The translations under genes and the position numbers were made by a program. A stretch of DNA of 63,997 bases, the filler included, from Porpidia crustulata (lineage: Eukaryota), in NCBI GenBank assembly GCA_964255105.1. It is 3 parts of 3 records of this genome, joined end to end, with 100 filler letters (N's around TTAATTAATTAA, not from the genome) between each part and the next. Parts side by side here need not be neighbours in the genome. Positions count along the whole stretch, not along the records: positions 23,856 to 47,584 come from CAXUWE010000070.1; 2 more parts are not named here. One strand, written 5' to 3'. The notes below the pieces were generated by a model. That model did not search any database. It was not told the origin of the DNA and saw only the letters and a program-made list of their open reading frames with translations. Below, one piece after another: positions 26,619 through 39,800 of the stretch; within the stretch, counting starts at the first letter, position 1, and every line of letters begins with the position of its first letter.

Positions 26619-27864
26619 ATGACTTCTAAAACTCAAGATATATGGCTATTGGTGGGCCTAGGTGAGGCGCCTATTTTTGTGATGGACTCCTGAAAAGAAC
26701 GTCGCTAACATAATTCCAGGCATCATGGGCTATTGGACAGCCCGCATCGCTCATGGCCAGCTTGTTGCGGTTCGCACAGCTACCGAAGTCACCCAAGAGC
26801 ACAAGCCCCGCCACGATATACTAAGCCAACGCACTGAGGATGGTTTGAGGGCCATCTACGGTTGTAGATAGTAGCATACTGATTGTGTCCAGCGCTCAAA
26901 CTCCAAACTCTTGACCATCTTACACAAAGTGCAAATCAGGATATTTGGGCTGCGTATGCGCCTTGCGAATGTTAAAACAGATTTGAGGCTAAAGATTGCC
27001 AGGGCCGTGAAGATCATAACAGAAAGAGCCACGCAAAGCGCCGCGCTTGATCTTATAGTCCAAGACATCGGTGGCAAAGATATCGATCGACGAGACAAAG
27101 CTCTAACCTCGTTACTCTACCTTCGAACGCACAAGGTACTAACACCTACTTATAACATGTTCAAGGCCCTTATCGACTGCCTGAGTGGCTGGCTTCCTGC
27201 AGTTTGTCCTGTCACACCATATCGATCGCAGCCCGAGCGTGATGCCGTGAAGATCCTTAATCTACTCCTTCAGCACAATGTCACCTTGGCACTTCAGGCA
27301 GGAATTGTGGTTCGGTGGCTCTCACATTGTTGTTTCGACCCTGACGACAAATCCGAAGCCAGGAGAAAGCAGGCTATCCAGGAAATGCGGAGATGGCACT
27401 ACAATGATGTCGACATGTGTTCTATCATCATCACTCTCTTCAACCATGAACAAGCTCGGGAAGAACTACTGAGTCACGGCCTCTGGGACAGAGATGCGGA
27501 TAAGAAGGAAGCCTCCGATGGGACGCAAGAGATTATTTGGCAGGTGCAAGGAAATATTCCTGATCTTATATTTGATGGTGTAAACACTGGGCCAATAATG
27601 AGGAGAGGCAGAAGGGTCAGGGAGGAAAGCATTGAAGAGCAAGCTTTGAGAAGGCGAAGGCGTGAAGCTATGGTTCTTGGTCAGGACGGAAGAGCTGTTG
27701 AGAGAGATGATATCATTGGGCAGGATAATGAGCCCAGAGATGAGGATCTAGAGCAGCGTAATGCTGTCGATGAGGCCGCGCAGGCGCCGGCAGAGGGGAT
27801 CCAAACCTGGTGGAATTGGCGACCATGGTCAATTTTAAGGGCCACTCTGGTCGAGGAGTTTTGA
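26619..27864 (+). CDS. Conserved uncharacterised fungal protein with N-terminal hydrophobic anchor (family often annotated 'cytoskeleton-associated protein')
   Basis: Exons 26619-26661, 26720-26842, 26893-26953 and 27003-27864 joined by GT-AG introns give MTSKTQDIWLLVGLGIMGYW...LSQRTEDALKLQTLDHL...AAVKIITERA...REESIEEQALRRRRREAMVL. The EESxEEQALRRRRREAMV motif is characteristic of this family in my recollection. Confidence 0.72.
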
Positions 27865-27985
27865 TACTGGACTTGGGGCTTCTCAAATGTACGATAGCTT
27901 TCTACATGCATTTATGAGATACCCTTAGCAGTTGATTTTATGGAGTGGCAGTAGACCAAAAAATCATGACGATTGGCGTCCATGC

Positions 27986-30447
27986 CTACAGGCCTTTCCA
28001 TAGTAGCTTTACTAGGTGATCCGCCCTTTTCCGGCTATTCTTTATCATACCCAGATAATTCAACTCTGCCAACGCCCGTGAGAAAAGAGCTCTACCATCT
28101 CGTTAGCGAGTGAAACTCCTCTGGGCTACAGCGCCTTGGAACCAGCAAACAAAAGCCACTCACAAAACTCTCTGCTGATCGGCGTCCTCGTCATCAGCGT
28201 CTTCGATGCCTACAATAGCATAGAATGCTGACCACAAATCGGAGGTGTTAATGACGGCTCCAGACTCCAAATAAAGTTGATACAGAATGGCAGCAGCGGG
28301 CTGCGTACCCGATAGGCCGTTGTCAGCAACGCCACAGCAGCTACAGTCTAGGTAGTCATGCGGTGAGCTCAAAGCTCGCTCGGCCACAAAGCGAGGCTTT
28401 GGCCCGAAGACATCACGATGTGGTGACGCGGAGTCGTAGATTAGGATTTCATTCAGAAAGAGCTCTCTTGGGTTAACGAGACTGGTCTGAAAGAAATCTT
28501 GAAGTAAGCTGTCCATGCTGCCGATGAGTTTGGAGTAGGCAAAGTCTCGCTTTGACAGGGCTGAGGATTGCTTTTTTAGAGAGACTTTCTGGGCGACAAT
28601 GGTTGTGCGTAAGGAATCGTGGTGGACATCATGTTCGCTTCGTAACGGAGTTGCCTTGTCGTCAGTGCTACTGATCAATTCTTCTAGGTCTTCCTGGATT
28701 TGGGAGATGCCAGGTAAATCGAGGACGGACAGCTTCGAAAGTAAGTCACCCATCAAGTCAGATGATAGTTTTCTACAGGACAGCAGAGTGCTTTTAATAA
28801 GAGTTGAGCCATTCAATTCTCCTGACATCGCTTTGATATATAATTCTGGCCATGTAATGCTTACGGCGGAGACTGAGCATGATTGTAGTATCAACATTAC
28901 TTCGATCGCCAAGAGTAATTGGCTGAGGGCGCTTTCGCCCTTCTCCACTTGGCTGATGACGAAGTCGTGGAGAAACGTATCATTGGTAAGAAGGCTCTGA
29001 GTTGTTTCGTAATCGCCTTCTTCGATCAGGGTCTCAGCCAATCTGATAGACATTTAGCACCACACTCCTCAGCTGCGGCCAGGTTCAAGCACCTCTGGAA
29101 TGATGAGAGATTACGGAGACCTTCGTAGTGCTCCGGTTGAACGGTGGCGGGCGAAAGTCGATCGTCGAGGAAGATTGTCAATGGATTGGCAAAAAAGTGT
29201 GTCATGTAAGCATACTGGAGCTCTTTAGCTCGCCGTTCCTCGACACAGCATTGGGCAATACCTTGACTGATTTGCCAAAAGATGAAATGCAATGCACATA
29301 ATCATTGTGCCGTTGCAGAATCGTGCTACTCAACGTAGGTCCTAGCCAAAAAAATCTAGACTCGTTCACAGACGCTGTAATCTTGAAAAGGTCTTCGACG
29401 CTTGGCTGTTGCATATCAAATCTCTGGCCTTGTAAACTTCTAATGGTGGCCCTAGAGAGCTTCTCCTGGAACAGATCAATGGATGTGGTGATGCCAAATA
29501 GGAGAACAATCGGTATTCTGTCACTCCATGAACTATTCCTATTAGCCGGTAGTGATGGACAGGAAGCTTCGTATTTACCTGAATACGTCTACTATCTCCC
29601 CCAGCAAGCCCCCTTCAAAGGTTTGACTATCTTGGAACGATATCACTATTCTGCTGATTGAGTGGAGCTTCACGTAGTCTTCCAAGATCTGTAGGTCATA
29701 ATTTAGGCGTCGGCTACCCTGAGCGGACCAAGAATTAGCAATTGTCAATCTCTTGGAAGATGGAAGCTCTGACTTTTTGTCGGTCATCGACGATGTCCTC
29801 ATCGGACATGGTGAGAAGTTGGTTGACCGCATGCTTGTTGATGAACTTCAGCACGGCCTTAAGGTTGGGAGTCTGGCTGGCGATCAGGTTGACCACTTTT
29901 ATTCCGCCTTCCAGATGCTCTGCCACAGATGTAATCAAACTGGAATACGTTTCTGTTCCTGGGTTTGCGACGACCAGGCCGGTGGGAATTTTCCCCGTAC
30001 ATTGACTACAAGATTAAAACACACGCTGTTTCACACTATAGTATACATGCTTACGGTTTGCTTTCAAGGCTCACTATAAATTTGATCAGCTCGACCCTGG
30101 TGTTATTGTTTGCGTCTCGCAGGAGATTCTGAGTATTCATAAGCCCAAGTGTCATTATAGCACGAGACGAAACATACGTCGATCACTTCCTGTCGTGGGC
30201 CCCAAGCGGTATCGAACAAATCATATCGAAATTTTACACTCTTCTCATTCTCAAGACCTGTCAACAACGGAACAAATAGTGGCTTCTCAAGCTGCCTAGA
30301 AAAATCTGGGGACTTCGATATCTTCCTTCTCTTAGACTTGGCAATTGCCAAATCATCTCCGTCGGCATTTCCTGCTGTGAACACGTAGCAACCCTAGAGC
30401 CATGAGTGGCGAACAGAGGCAGACATATTGTAGCATACTGACATCAT
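27986..30447 (-). CDS. ORC3: Origin recognition complex subunit 3
   Basis: About 9 exons give GCYVF, IPTGLVV, TPNLKAVLKFI, RLNYDLQIL, SWSDRIPIVLLFGITTSIDLF, YAYMTHFFANP, PRFVAERALSSPHDYLDCSCC, ILYQLYLESGAVIN and ALFSRALAELNYLGMIK...WKGL-stop (27988-27986). Introns include 30177-30129, 30054-30006, 29773-29719 and one starting at 29578. The first micro-exon (MMS, 30447-30439) is tentative. Confidence 0.9.
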
Positions 30448-30925
30448 AATGGAACATGACTGATTTTTAATGGTATCGAGGGATTGCACGCTTATCCTGG
30501 TGGTCACCTCGAAGTCAACCAACCCCTGATACTGTATATACCTAAACCCTGAACTTGACAAGCGGTGGGAAGAACCCTACAGCCCTATTGGAGTAGTGAG
30601 TACCTCGACTTGCTCGGCGTGCTCGGTAGGTGAACGATAGATAGGTGGACATGGATAGATATCTATGTTTCGCCTTACGAGGCGAAAAAATCTACTTCTC
30701 ACTCCGCAATAGGTCTCATATCTAGTTGCGATTCATGTTAAGATAATATGAATTTTCTTTAGATTTCTCTTATCGTTCAAGTGATAGCATCATTGTTTAT
30801 AGAATTTTGCTCCATGTACGAGAGGTCACCACTCACAACATTTCAGTCTTCTAAGCTTAGCTCCTTCCCTTGTCTGCTTGCAGGCTCATACCGCGACCTC
30901 CATTCTTCCTTTGTCCACTCTACGA

Positions 30926-33019
30926 ATGTACCTCGCACGGAAAACCTTGCGTACTTTACCCACCCGATGCCATAAGATCTACCAGACTTCAATATCCAAT
31001 ATGTCAAGTTCGAGTGCTCTTTACTCCAGCGCCTCGCTGAAGGCAGCCAATGCCCAGCCATACAGCAGTATGAAAGGCAAATTGGATCCGGTGTTGCTCG
31101 AAGCTCTCAAAGATGTGATGGGATTTGAGTTCATGACTCCTGTGCAAAGTAAAGTATTGGGTGGATTACCAACCTTGCGAAGTGACTGGTAAGCAAAATC
31201 AAAGCCTCAAGCAAAGTTCGATGCTCAGTCCTTGCGTAAAAGGGTCCCCAACTTACCACATCCACACGCAGCCTTGTTCAAGCGAAGACAGGTACTGGCA
31301 AAACGACCGCTTTCCTACTTCCAGCAATCCAGAATCTTCTCCAGCATTCCCCACCGCGAGGTCAAGTGTCCGTCTTGATACTCTCTCCTACACGTGAACT
31401 TGCTCTTCAGATTGCTGCTGAGGCAACGAGACTTGTTGCGAAGATGCGCCGGCCGGTTGAGGTACATACAGCTTTTGGGGGAACCAAGCGAGCGACGAAT
31501 TTGAATAATTTCATGAGTCAAGATCCAAAAATCTTGGTTGCCACTCCAGGAAGATTAAATGACTATCTGGGCGAACTGGAGACTAAAAGAAAATTTGGTT
31601 CCTTGCAAACACTAATCTTAGATGAGGCAGACGCAATGCTTGAAGCCGGTAAATGGGGATCACAAGTAGTCCATCCGTTTCCCCCAATCTAACTTCTTGA
31701 TAGGCTTTCTCCCTGACATTCTTCGAATCCTCCGTGCCCTTCCACCCAAAGATACAGCCAAATGGCAGGGCATGTGCTTCTCTGCTACTGTCCCACCAAA
31801 AATCAAAGAAGTCCTTTCCTACGTCCTCAAGCAGGACTACACATCCATCTCTACTTTGGAAGCTGCCGAACCTCCAACACTTGAAAGAGTCCCGCAATAC
31901 TCTGTCATAATTCCTAGCGTCAAGGAAACCCTCAGTGCTCTAGTATCCCTGATCCTTACTGAAATAGATTCGACAAGGGAGGATCCCAAGATCATTGTGT
32001 TTGGAACTACAGCAAACCTAGTTTCACTGTATGCAAGTCTTTTCAGATCTCGTATACTTCAGAGTCGGGTTGGGCTTGAACTCTACGAATTACACAGCCG
32101 ACTGTCTCAGCCTAAAAGAACACAAACAACCGAGAAATTCAGAGATGCCAAGACCGGGATCATGTTTGCGACTGATGGTATGCATATTACCTGGTCTATA
32201 TATGCGAGAAATTCTGTTTGACAATTGTTCCAGTTATCGGTCGCGGAATGGATTTTCCAAACGTGTCCCTTGTTGTACAAGTCGGACTTCCAGCGGTCCC
32301 GGACGCTTACGTTCATCGTGTTGGTCGCACGGCGCGTGCAGGCAAGGATGGGAGAGCAGTTATCCTCCTCACTCAAGACGAGTCTTTTTTCTTGTCGGTT
32401 AACCGTCAATTTAATATAATCCCGCACCCGGCATCCAACAAAATTGTGAAGGATACAGAATCCGCACAAGACACAGCCCTTGTGATGGAAACAATAGATG
32501 GACCTGATAAAGCCAAAGCCTACTCTGCGTACCTTGGCTTCATGAAGGGGTTTTCAAACAAAATGAATATGAAACCCTATGAGCTTGTGAAAATGGCGAA
32601 CAAATTTGCGATGGAAGGAATGGGGTGCGCGGAACCGCCGGAACTGGAGAAAAGGACTGTTGGGTATGTTGAAATGGATGCTGATATCCAGTAAGCTATA
32701 AATCGTGAATATTCTTGATTAATGATGGGTTATCTTCAGAAAAATGGGGCTCAAGGGGGTTCCCGGCATACGCCTTGCTGCCACAGTGGCCTCCGATCGT
32801 GGTTCTAGAAAGCACAATGAGACAGCGAGAGGAGAAGTCAATGACGTGATGGCAGCCAAGCGAGTGAAACATCAAGGCCCTCCGGGTGTGACGAATAGTC
32901 GGCAACTTGATATCAATGAGAGTACATCAAATCATGTAGGCAACGGCGCTGAGCCAAGCAGAGGAGGCAAAGGAGGGGCAAGGATGAGACGCCCAATGAA
33001 GAGAGGAAATCTACATTAA
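30926..33019 (+). CDS. DEAD-box RNA helicase, Mss116/CYT-19 subfamily (HelA-like paralog)
   Basis: Q motif GFEFMTPVQ; AKTGTGKT, SPTRELA, ATPGRL, LILDEAD, FSAT, TDVIGRGMDF and YVHRVGRTARAG; C-terminal extension AYSAYLGFMK...KMGLKGVPG with a basic tail. Introns 31189-31271, 31649-31703, 32178-32233 and 32664-32739. Confidence 0.92.
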
Positions 33020-33049
33020 TAGGCAGATTTGGATGTGACAGTGGTTTTG

Positions 33050-33083
33050 AGCCGGAACTGTACGGGAAAGCCGGAACTGTACG
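33050..33083 (+). repeat. 15-bp perfect direct repeat in the helicase 3' UTR
   Basis: AGCCGGAACTGTACG at 33050-33064 and 33069-33083. Confidence 0.85.
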
Positions 33084-33655
33084 ATAAAGCGTAATGTATT
33101 GGGCGGGCAGGCAAGTCAGCCCATCCGATCCAAACCCCTTGAGCCTTAATTCCTTTTGAAGGACATATTTGACGGACAACCATTGGATGGGTCTTTCAAG
33201 TCACGGCAGTGTTGGCCATGGCGCAATGGCAAGTGTAATGATACCAGCAGCCTTTCGCGTTTATGTTCCACTTCTCGAAGAGTACATTTTTACTTAGACA
33301 TTATAGAGACTTGAGGCTTACTCATTTGATGTCATCGATGGTTGGCTGATGAGCACAGCCGATATTGACATGCGAATTCCTGTCGTTCGTGATGCACGCA
33401 GGTTCTACATTTGTAACTCTAGAAATCGAAATTGCGAGTCACGACCTATTACAGGTCTATCGTCGTAGACTTCATGTCTCGATGAAGTTATAACAACTGG
33501 AATCGCCCTCGATACCTAGGATGAGGCAAGCCAATCCGAAAGGAGTCATCGTTCAGCCCTACAACGGCAACCTACCAATTTGATCAACAGCCCTAAAATG
33601 CATTTTCTTACTACCATGGAATTATTAGGCTCTTCCATGATTATCGATACTATTC

Positions 33656-36214
33656 ATGCACCGGCTGAGTCTGCGTGCAGCACGTCAGTCTCATGTCCAG
33701 CTAGGTATTTGGCGGCAGCGGTGTGCCACACCCTACACGCAATGCCTTGGTAAAGCTTTTACAACATCTAGCCCTCAACATGAAGAACCAAGCAATGGGA
33801 GTCCGCCAAAAGTTAGATGGTATCAACAACTTTTCCCTGGCGCACCCAAAACGCCATTGGATCCTGACAATGCAGATGCCGATGGGGACGACGGCGAAGC
33901 CAAGTTGCTTAGGAACCGGATTAACATCCTGGAGAAGGAATTGAAAGACCTTCGCAGTGGTGCTAGATCGGCGTTGCTCGAGCCTCTGCTTCAGGACCTC
34001 TCGGAGGAAGACCGCATCGTGGTTCAAGATGCACTGGGAAAAAAGGAGCTCGAAGCCCCTGCCAATTCCAAGGCCGAAACAGAAGCAATCAAGGCATTAA
34101 GAAGGGAGATTTTCAAGGATGACGCTACAGCGTCGTCTTTTACACAGGAGGGCGATCCAAATATACCACTCCAACTTTCGCCAATTCACAACAAATTCCT
34201 ACAGCGTTTAAATAAAGCCTTGTTCGATGCGGCCAAAGATGTATCAGACCCTCTACCACGCAAGGCCTTGTGGCAAGCATATCAGCGATGCAGACTTCGG
34301 AAACTACCTTTTCTGGATCTAGTACCGAAACAGGCTTGGGACATCCTATGGGCGACGCAGCTTACTACTCCGATTGACGTGCCACACCGAGCGGAACATC
34401 TCAGAACACTGGCGGCGGACATGCAAGAGTGTGGAAATATGTTAAACATTGAACAGAAAATTATCTCTATCGAATCATTGTCCCTCGGAGGTCGTCATGA
34501 TGAAGCGATAAATCAGTGGCACGGTCATCAACGATTGCTCAGTCAAGACGAGCAAAGCTCATTTGCATACCAATCTTTAGGCGTCCGCTTGTATGCATCT
34601 CAATCAAACCCATTCAACGCAGAACAGATAGCCTTAAGAATAGTAGCTAAATCGGAAGCAGAACATATCAAAGAGCACGCAAGAATTCTCATTCCTGTTA
34701 TTGACGCTTGGGCTCGTGCCAGAGATGAGACTGGCATAGGCAAAGCTTGGACACTCTATCTTCGTCTCCGGATGCTCATGGGCTCGGAATTAAACCTACG
34801 CGATTATGACGAGATCACAACAGGCTTCCTGAACTCAGGAAGAACAGACATAGCGTTAGCAGTGTTCAAAGACTTGATGCTGACTGGGGAAAAAAGCATG
34901 TATCGGTCCGACGAGCTTTACAGAAAGTCTCTCGGTCTCATTGAACAAATACAATGGGATAGTGTAGATTATTCGGAACTGACGAAAGTATCTTTAACAG
35001 CTTTGACTGTCTTACCGCAGCACTTTCAGAACAAATTCTTTTTCGGTTCTTGGTTGAAGAAACTTATTGGAATGGGTAAGACTGACGCTGCTGCAATGGT
35101 GATCGATCTGATGTACGAACGAAATACTAGACCGGATGCAAAGCACCTGAATGGGATTATCGGAGCATGGCTACGCAGTGGAAATGCGGCGAATAAAGAG
35201 AAAGCAGAGCAAATGGGATGGGCTATGATTTATGAACGGCTAGATTTCGTTGCTAGGAGACGAGGCGACGGGCTGCCTCGTGAAGCCTCTTCAAACCGCC
35301 TCCCTGAGCGAGTCAAGCGTACCGTTCCGCCAGCGACAATTGAAACATTCTCTATCCTCCTTCAGCATTACGAAAACCGCGGACTTCAGGAACAGATCCA
35401 GGTTTTAAGAGAACAGCTTCCTGTGGCTGAGATACAGCCAAACTCGTATTTTATGAACCACCTTCTCTATGCGGAGTTGCCCCGTGGTGATCATGGTAAG
35501 GCATGGCAACTCTACCAACAAATGTCTCGTAAAGTCAAGCCCGATTTGGAGACCTTTGCATGTCTCTGGGATTGTGAGAAGACACACCTCGATAGGTTGA
35601 CGTTATACAAAACTGACGACTATCCTGGCCCTCGCCGGATCATGTGCGAAATGTTCTCCTGGCTATCAAAGCTAGATGGGGGATCACGCGCCAAGGCCCA
35701 ACGAGAATTCAGCAAGGAGCTATATGACCAAATTGTGAGGTGTTTCTGCTTAGCGAAAGATATCGAGGGCACAATAGTGGGACTGTATGCTCTAAGAGAA
35801 TCCTTCCAGTTTTACCCTGATCCAGAGACGTCACGTATGGTCACATTGCAGGCGGCGAGCATGGGTGTCGGTACGCCAAAAAGGAAAAGCAGGCGGTCAA
35901 GATTGTCAAATAACGTACATGGCAAGGCCAACATTACCAACATGATGCAGGTGCTAGCCTTGATTGCGTCGCAGCGTGCAACAGCCTTGAAAGAGAAGGG
36001 TATCGAGATTGAAGCGAATGATGAAAGGCGGCAGAAAGAAGAGCACTTGTACATCCTTGTACTTTTCCTCCGCGCAATCCTTCAGAAGCTCAGCAACGAT
36101 GAACATGATTTGGAGAAAAAGATCGAGGAGGCTGCGTGGGAAATGGGTGTTAGCGGTATGCGGATGGTAGATCCCCTTGTGTCTATATGGAACAAGGATG
36201 AAAGGATATTCTAG
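33656..36214 (+). CDS. Mitochondrial pentatricopeptide-repeat (PPR) protein
   Basis: Intronless 852-aa ORF with an Arg-rich, acid-free presequence (MHRLSLRAARQSHVQLGIWRQR). Helical repeats show PPR-like junctions: RNTRPDAKHLNGIIGAW, EIQPNSYFMNHLLYA and KVKPDLETFACLW. Confidence 0.8.
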   Translation: MHRLSLRAARQSHVQLGIWRQRCATPYTQCLGKAFTTSSPQHEEPSNGSPPKVRWYQQLFPGAPKTPLDPDNADADGDDGEAKLLRNRINILEKELKDLRSGARSALLEPLLQDLSEEDRIVVQDALGKKELEAPANSKAETEAIKALRREIFKDDATASSFTQEGDPNIPLQLSPIHNKFLQRLNKALFDAAKDVSDPLPRKALWQAYQRCRLRKLPFLDLVPKQAWDILWATQLTTPIDVPHRAEHLRTLAADMQECGNMLNIEQKIISIESLSLGGRHDEAINQWHGHQRLLSQDEQSSFAYQSLGVRLYASQSNPFNAEQIALRIVAKSEAEHIKEHARILIPVIDAWARARDETGIGKAWTLYLRLRMLMGSELNLRDYDEITTGFLNSGRTDIALAVFKDLMLTGEKSMYRSDELYRKSLGLIEQIQWDSVDYSELTKVSLTALTVLPQHFQNKFFFGSWLKKLIGMGKTDAAAMVIDLMYERNTRPDAKHLNGIIGAWLRSGNAANKEKAEQMGWAMIYERLDFVARRRGDGLPREASSNRLPERVKRTVPPATIETFSILLQHYENRGLQEQIQVLREQLPVAEIQPNSYFMNHLLYAELPRGDHGKAWQLYQQMSRKVKPDLETFACLWDCEKTHLDRLTLYKTDDYPGPRRIMCEMFSWLSKLDGGSRAKAQREFSKELYDQIVRCFCLAKDIEGTIVGLYALRESFQFYPDPETSRMVTLQAASMGVGTPKRKSRRSRLSNNVHGKANITNMMQVLALIASQRATALKEKGIEIEANDERRQKEEHLYILVLFLRAILQKLSNDEHDLEKKIEEAAWEMGVSGMRMVDPLVSIWNKDERIF

Positions 36215-36893
36215 GGCTTGGATTGTATTTTTATCTATCTGTATACTCTTCTACATCTAGACCCACTCTGCGTAATGATGCACAGGGCATGATAGAATAA
36301 TTATATCGGAATCCGGCTCCATTATGTATTGACTTGAATCTGCTTAACACTCCCCCCCCGACTTCCAATCAGGTTTCTTGTAGAACTTACCTACTTAAGG
36401 TAATATGGCCTCGAAGTCGCGCGGCGACAGGAGGTGGGCTGTTCGTTTTCCATTTCGCATAGGGCATAATCTTCTATGACTTATCTAAGGGGCTTAATTC
36501 GGACTAGTACGAAGCTCTCCGCCTTGCGGGGCGAGGCGGGGAGCTTGAGAAATATTTCTGTGGTATCCGTAGTACCCAATTGCTTTTCATGCAGCACAGA
36601 AAATTTCCTCCACCCCACAATACTCTTGGATTTGCTTTGCTGAAATCTCCCTCTATTTCTAATATTTATCTATCTTGATTTGTGTCCTCAAAGTCTGCTA
36701 CTGCGCTCAAATTCAGGATATCTGGAACATTGGCCTGACACACTAATCTACCTGATTCATACAGCGCCATCTCACTCGATCTGCTCCCCAACTTTCAAAC
36801 GCCCGTGGTGCGCTTCGCACCCGGGTGAAGCGATATATTTCGACAGCCATTGGGAAGCTTCCTATACCACTCTAGCTTCAAAGATCCTCTACA

Positions 36894-39800
36894 ATGGCTT
36901 TGTACAGTAGACTTGCGCGACCGTCGTCTCGCATTTTTCGACGAGCGCACTCAGCGTCCCCTCCCTCGTTGCAAAGAACGTTTTTCGTAGCACGAATTTC
37001 CCGACCTAATGGCTCTCCTCCGAGCCAATTCCCCTTCACGCCAAAACTCGAATTTATGCGAACGATCATGACCTCTCAGAAACGGAGGATCACAGGGGAA
37101 GAAGCCCCAAGCTCGAAGGCATATATTTCTAGTGGAGTAATTAGCGGGCAAAAGGATTTAGTGGACGTTAAAAAAGTTTTAGTAATTGGAAGCGGTGGTT
37201 TAAGCATCGGACAGGCCGGGGAGTTCGATTATTCAGGTATGAGTGGGGATAGATTGCGGACTTGAAGACAATGCTACACTACTACGGTAGTTCTACTATA
37301 AAAGATGTAGCTAATCTAGCGGTCCTCACAGGTTCTCAGGCCCTCAAAGCCCTCAAAGAAGCAAATGTCTCGTCAGTCCTCATCAACCCAAACATAGCAA
37401 CCATACAAACAGACCACAAACTTGCAGATGAGGTCTACTACCTCCCAGTCACGCCCGAATATGTAACCCATGTTATTGAGAGGGAGAGACCTGACGGGAT
37501 CTTTCTGACCTTTGGCGGTCAAACTGCCCTCAATCTCGGCGTCAAAATGGATGAAATGGGGATCTTCGATAGGTATGGCGTTAAAGTTCTGGGGACCAGT
37601 ATCCAAACCTTGAGAACTAGTGAGGATCGTGATTTGTTTGCCAAGGCGCTGAAGGAAATCAACATCCCAATAGCCGAGTCCATTGCTTGCAACACGGTTG
37701 ATGAAGGTTTAGCAGCAGCGGAAATTGTTGGATATCCAATCATTGTTCGGGCGGCGTATGCGCTCGGCGGTCTTGGTTCTGGCTTTGCTAACAATAAGGA
37801 GGAATTGATGAATCTTGCCTCAAGGTCCTTGACACTGTCACCCCAAATCTTGGTGGAGAAGTCGCTGAAGGGGTGGAAAGAACTGGAATATGAGGTTGTG
37901 CGGGATAAAGCCAATAATTGTATCACGGTCTGCAACATGGAGAACTTTGATCCTCTCGGCACGCATACAGGCGATAGTATTGTCGTGGCTCCAAGTCAGA
38001 CGCTGAGTGACGAAGAATATCACATGCTCAGGACTGCTGCAATCAAAATTATCCGACATCTAGGGGTAGTAGGGGAGTGCAATGGTAAGGTTTTGTCTGA
38101 TACAGAGGCCGTCGAAAGCTGACATGGTTAGTACAATACGCTTTACAACCAGACGGACTCGACTACCGAGTCATTGAAGTCAATGCTCGTTTGTCGAGAT
38201 CTTCCGCGTTGGCTTCAAAAGCTACTGGCTACCCGTTGGCCTACACTGCAGCAAAGATTGGCCTCGGTCATACACTTCCTGAATTGCCCAACGCCGTGAC
38301 GAAGACCACCACAGCGAACTTCGAACCCAGCCTAGATTACATAGTAACCAAAATGCCACGATGGTACTTCTCAGAACTCTCATGGTCGAGGGAACGATCG
38401 CTAACTTTTTTAAACTTAGGGACTTGAGTAAATTCCAGCATGTCAAGCGAGATATTGGAAGTTCGATGAAGTCTGTGGGTGAGGTGATGGCGATTGGAAG
38501 GACGTTCGAAGAATCTTTCCAGAAAGCCATTCGACAAGTCGATCCAAAGTACGATGGACTGCAGGGTGATAAGTTTGATGACTTGGACGAAGTTCTACGG
38601 AACCCCACGGATCGGAGATGGTTGGCAGTCGGTCAAGCTATGCTTCATGAGGGTTACTCGGTTGACAAGGTTCACGAGCTTTCGAAAATTGACAAGTGGT
38701 TCCTGTACAAGATACAGAACATTGTTGATGTTCATCGTGAATTAGAGGACATCGGTAGCCTTTTCGGCTTGAAGAAGGAGCTGGTCAGCAAAGCAAAGAA
38801 ACTCGGTTTCTCTGACAGACAGATTGCAAAGTGCGTTGGTAGTACCGAAGATGATGTCCGCGCCCGACGAAAGGGTTTTGGTATCCGGCCTTTCGTGAAG
38901 AAAATCGATACGCTTGCTGCAGAGTTCCCGGCCGACACCAATTACCTGTATACTACATACAACGGCACCTCTCACGATGTAACGTTTGATGATCGTGGAA
39001 CGATTGTTTTGGGGTCGGGTGTTTACCGAATTGGTTCATCAGTCGAATTCGATTGGTGTGCTGTCAACGCGACCCTTTCACTCAAGAAGATGTGCAAGAA
39101 AACCGTAATGATCAATTACAACCCAGAAACCTACTCTACTGACTTTGACATGGCCGACCGCTTGTATTTCGAAGAGCTCAGCTATGAGCGAGTCATGGAC
39201 ATTTATGAATTGGAGTCAGCTAGTGGAGTGGTAGTTTCCGTCGGAGGTCAGCTTCCTCAAAACATCGCCCTGCGATTACAGGAGACTGGTAAAGCTCACG
39301 TATTGGGAACTGATCCGCTGGACATCGACAAAGCCGAAGATCGTCACAAATTCTCGGGAATCCTCGACAATATTGGCGTGGACCAACCAGCTTGGAAAGA
39401 ATTGACCTCCATTTCGGCTGCCGAATCCTTTGCAGACGAAGTTGGCTATCCAGTGCTAGTTCGTCCCAGCTACGTTCTCTCCGGAGCAGCGATGAGTGTG
39501 ATTCGTAGTCATGACGAACTGAAAGACAAGCTCGTCTCTGCCAGTGCTGTCTCGCCAGATCATCCCGTCGTCATTACCAAATTCATCGAAGGCGCTGAGG
39601 AGATTGACGTCGATGCCGTCGGCTCGGCAGGGAAGCTCATCGTGCACGCCGTCAGCGAGCACGTTGAAGCCGCTGGTGTTCACTCCGGCGATGCTACTCT
39701 CGTTCTCCCACCCGCTAACCTCGATTCCAGCATTATGGCTCGTGTAAAAGAGATAGCAGAGAAGGTCGCCAAAGCCTGGAACATCACAGGCCCTTTTAAC

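Noticed and set aside
30520..30590. Telomere-like AACCCT/TAAACCCT words in the ORC3-helicase promoter
   Set aside because: Only scattered short matches with no tandem TTAGGG array or telomerase-template context.
36680..36910. TTG-started ORF upstream of the CPS gene with SGYLEHW, faintly like the arginine attenuator peptide (DYLSDHLW)
   Set aside because: No ATG, it lacks the essential Asp and the spacing, and the attenuator peptide belongs to the small-subunit gene (arg-2/CPA1), not the large subunit.
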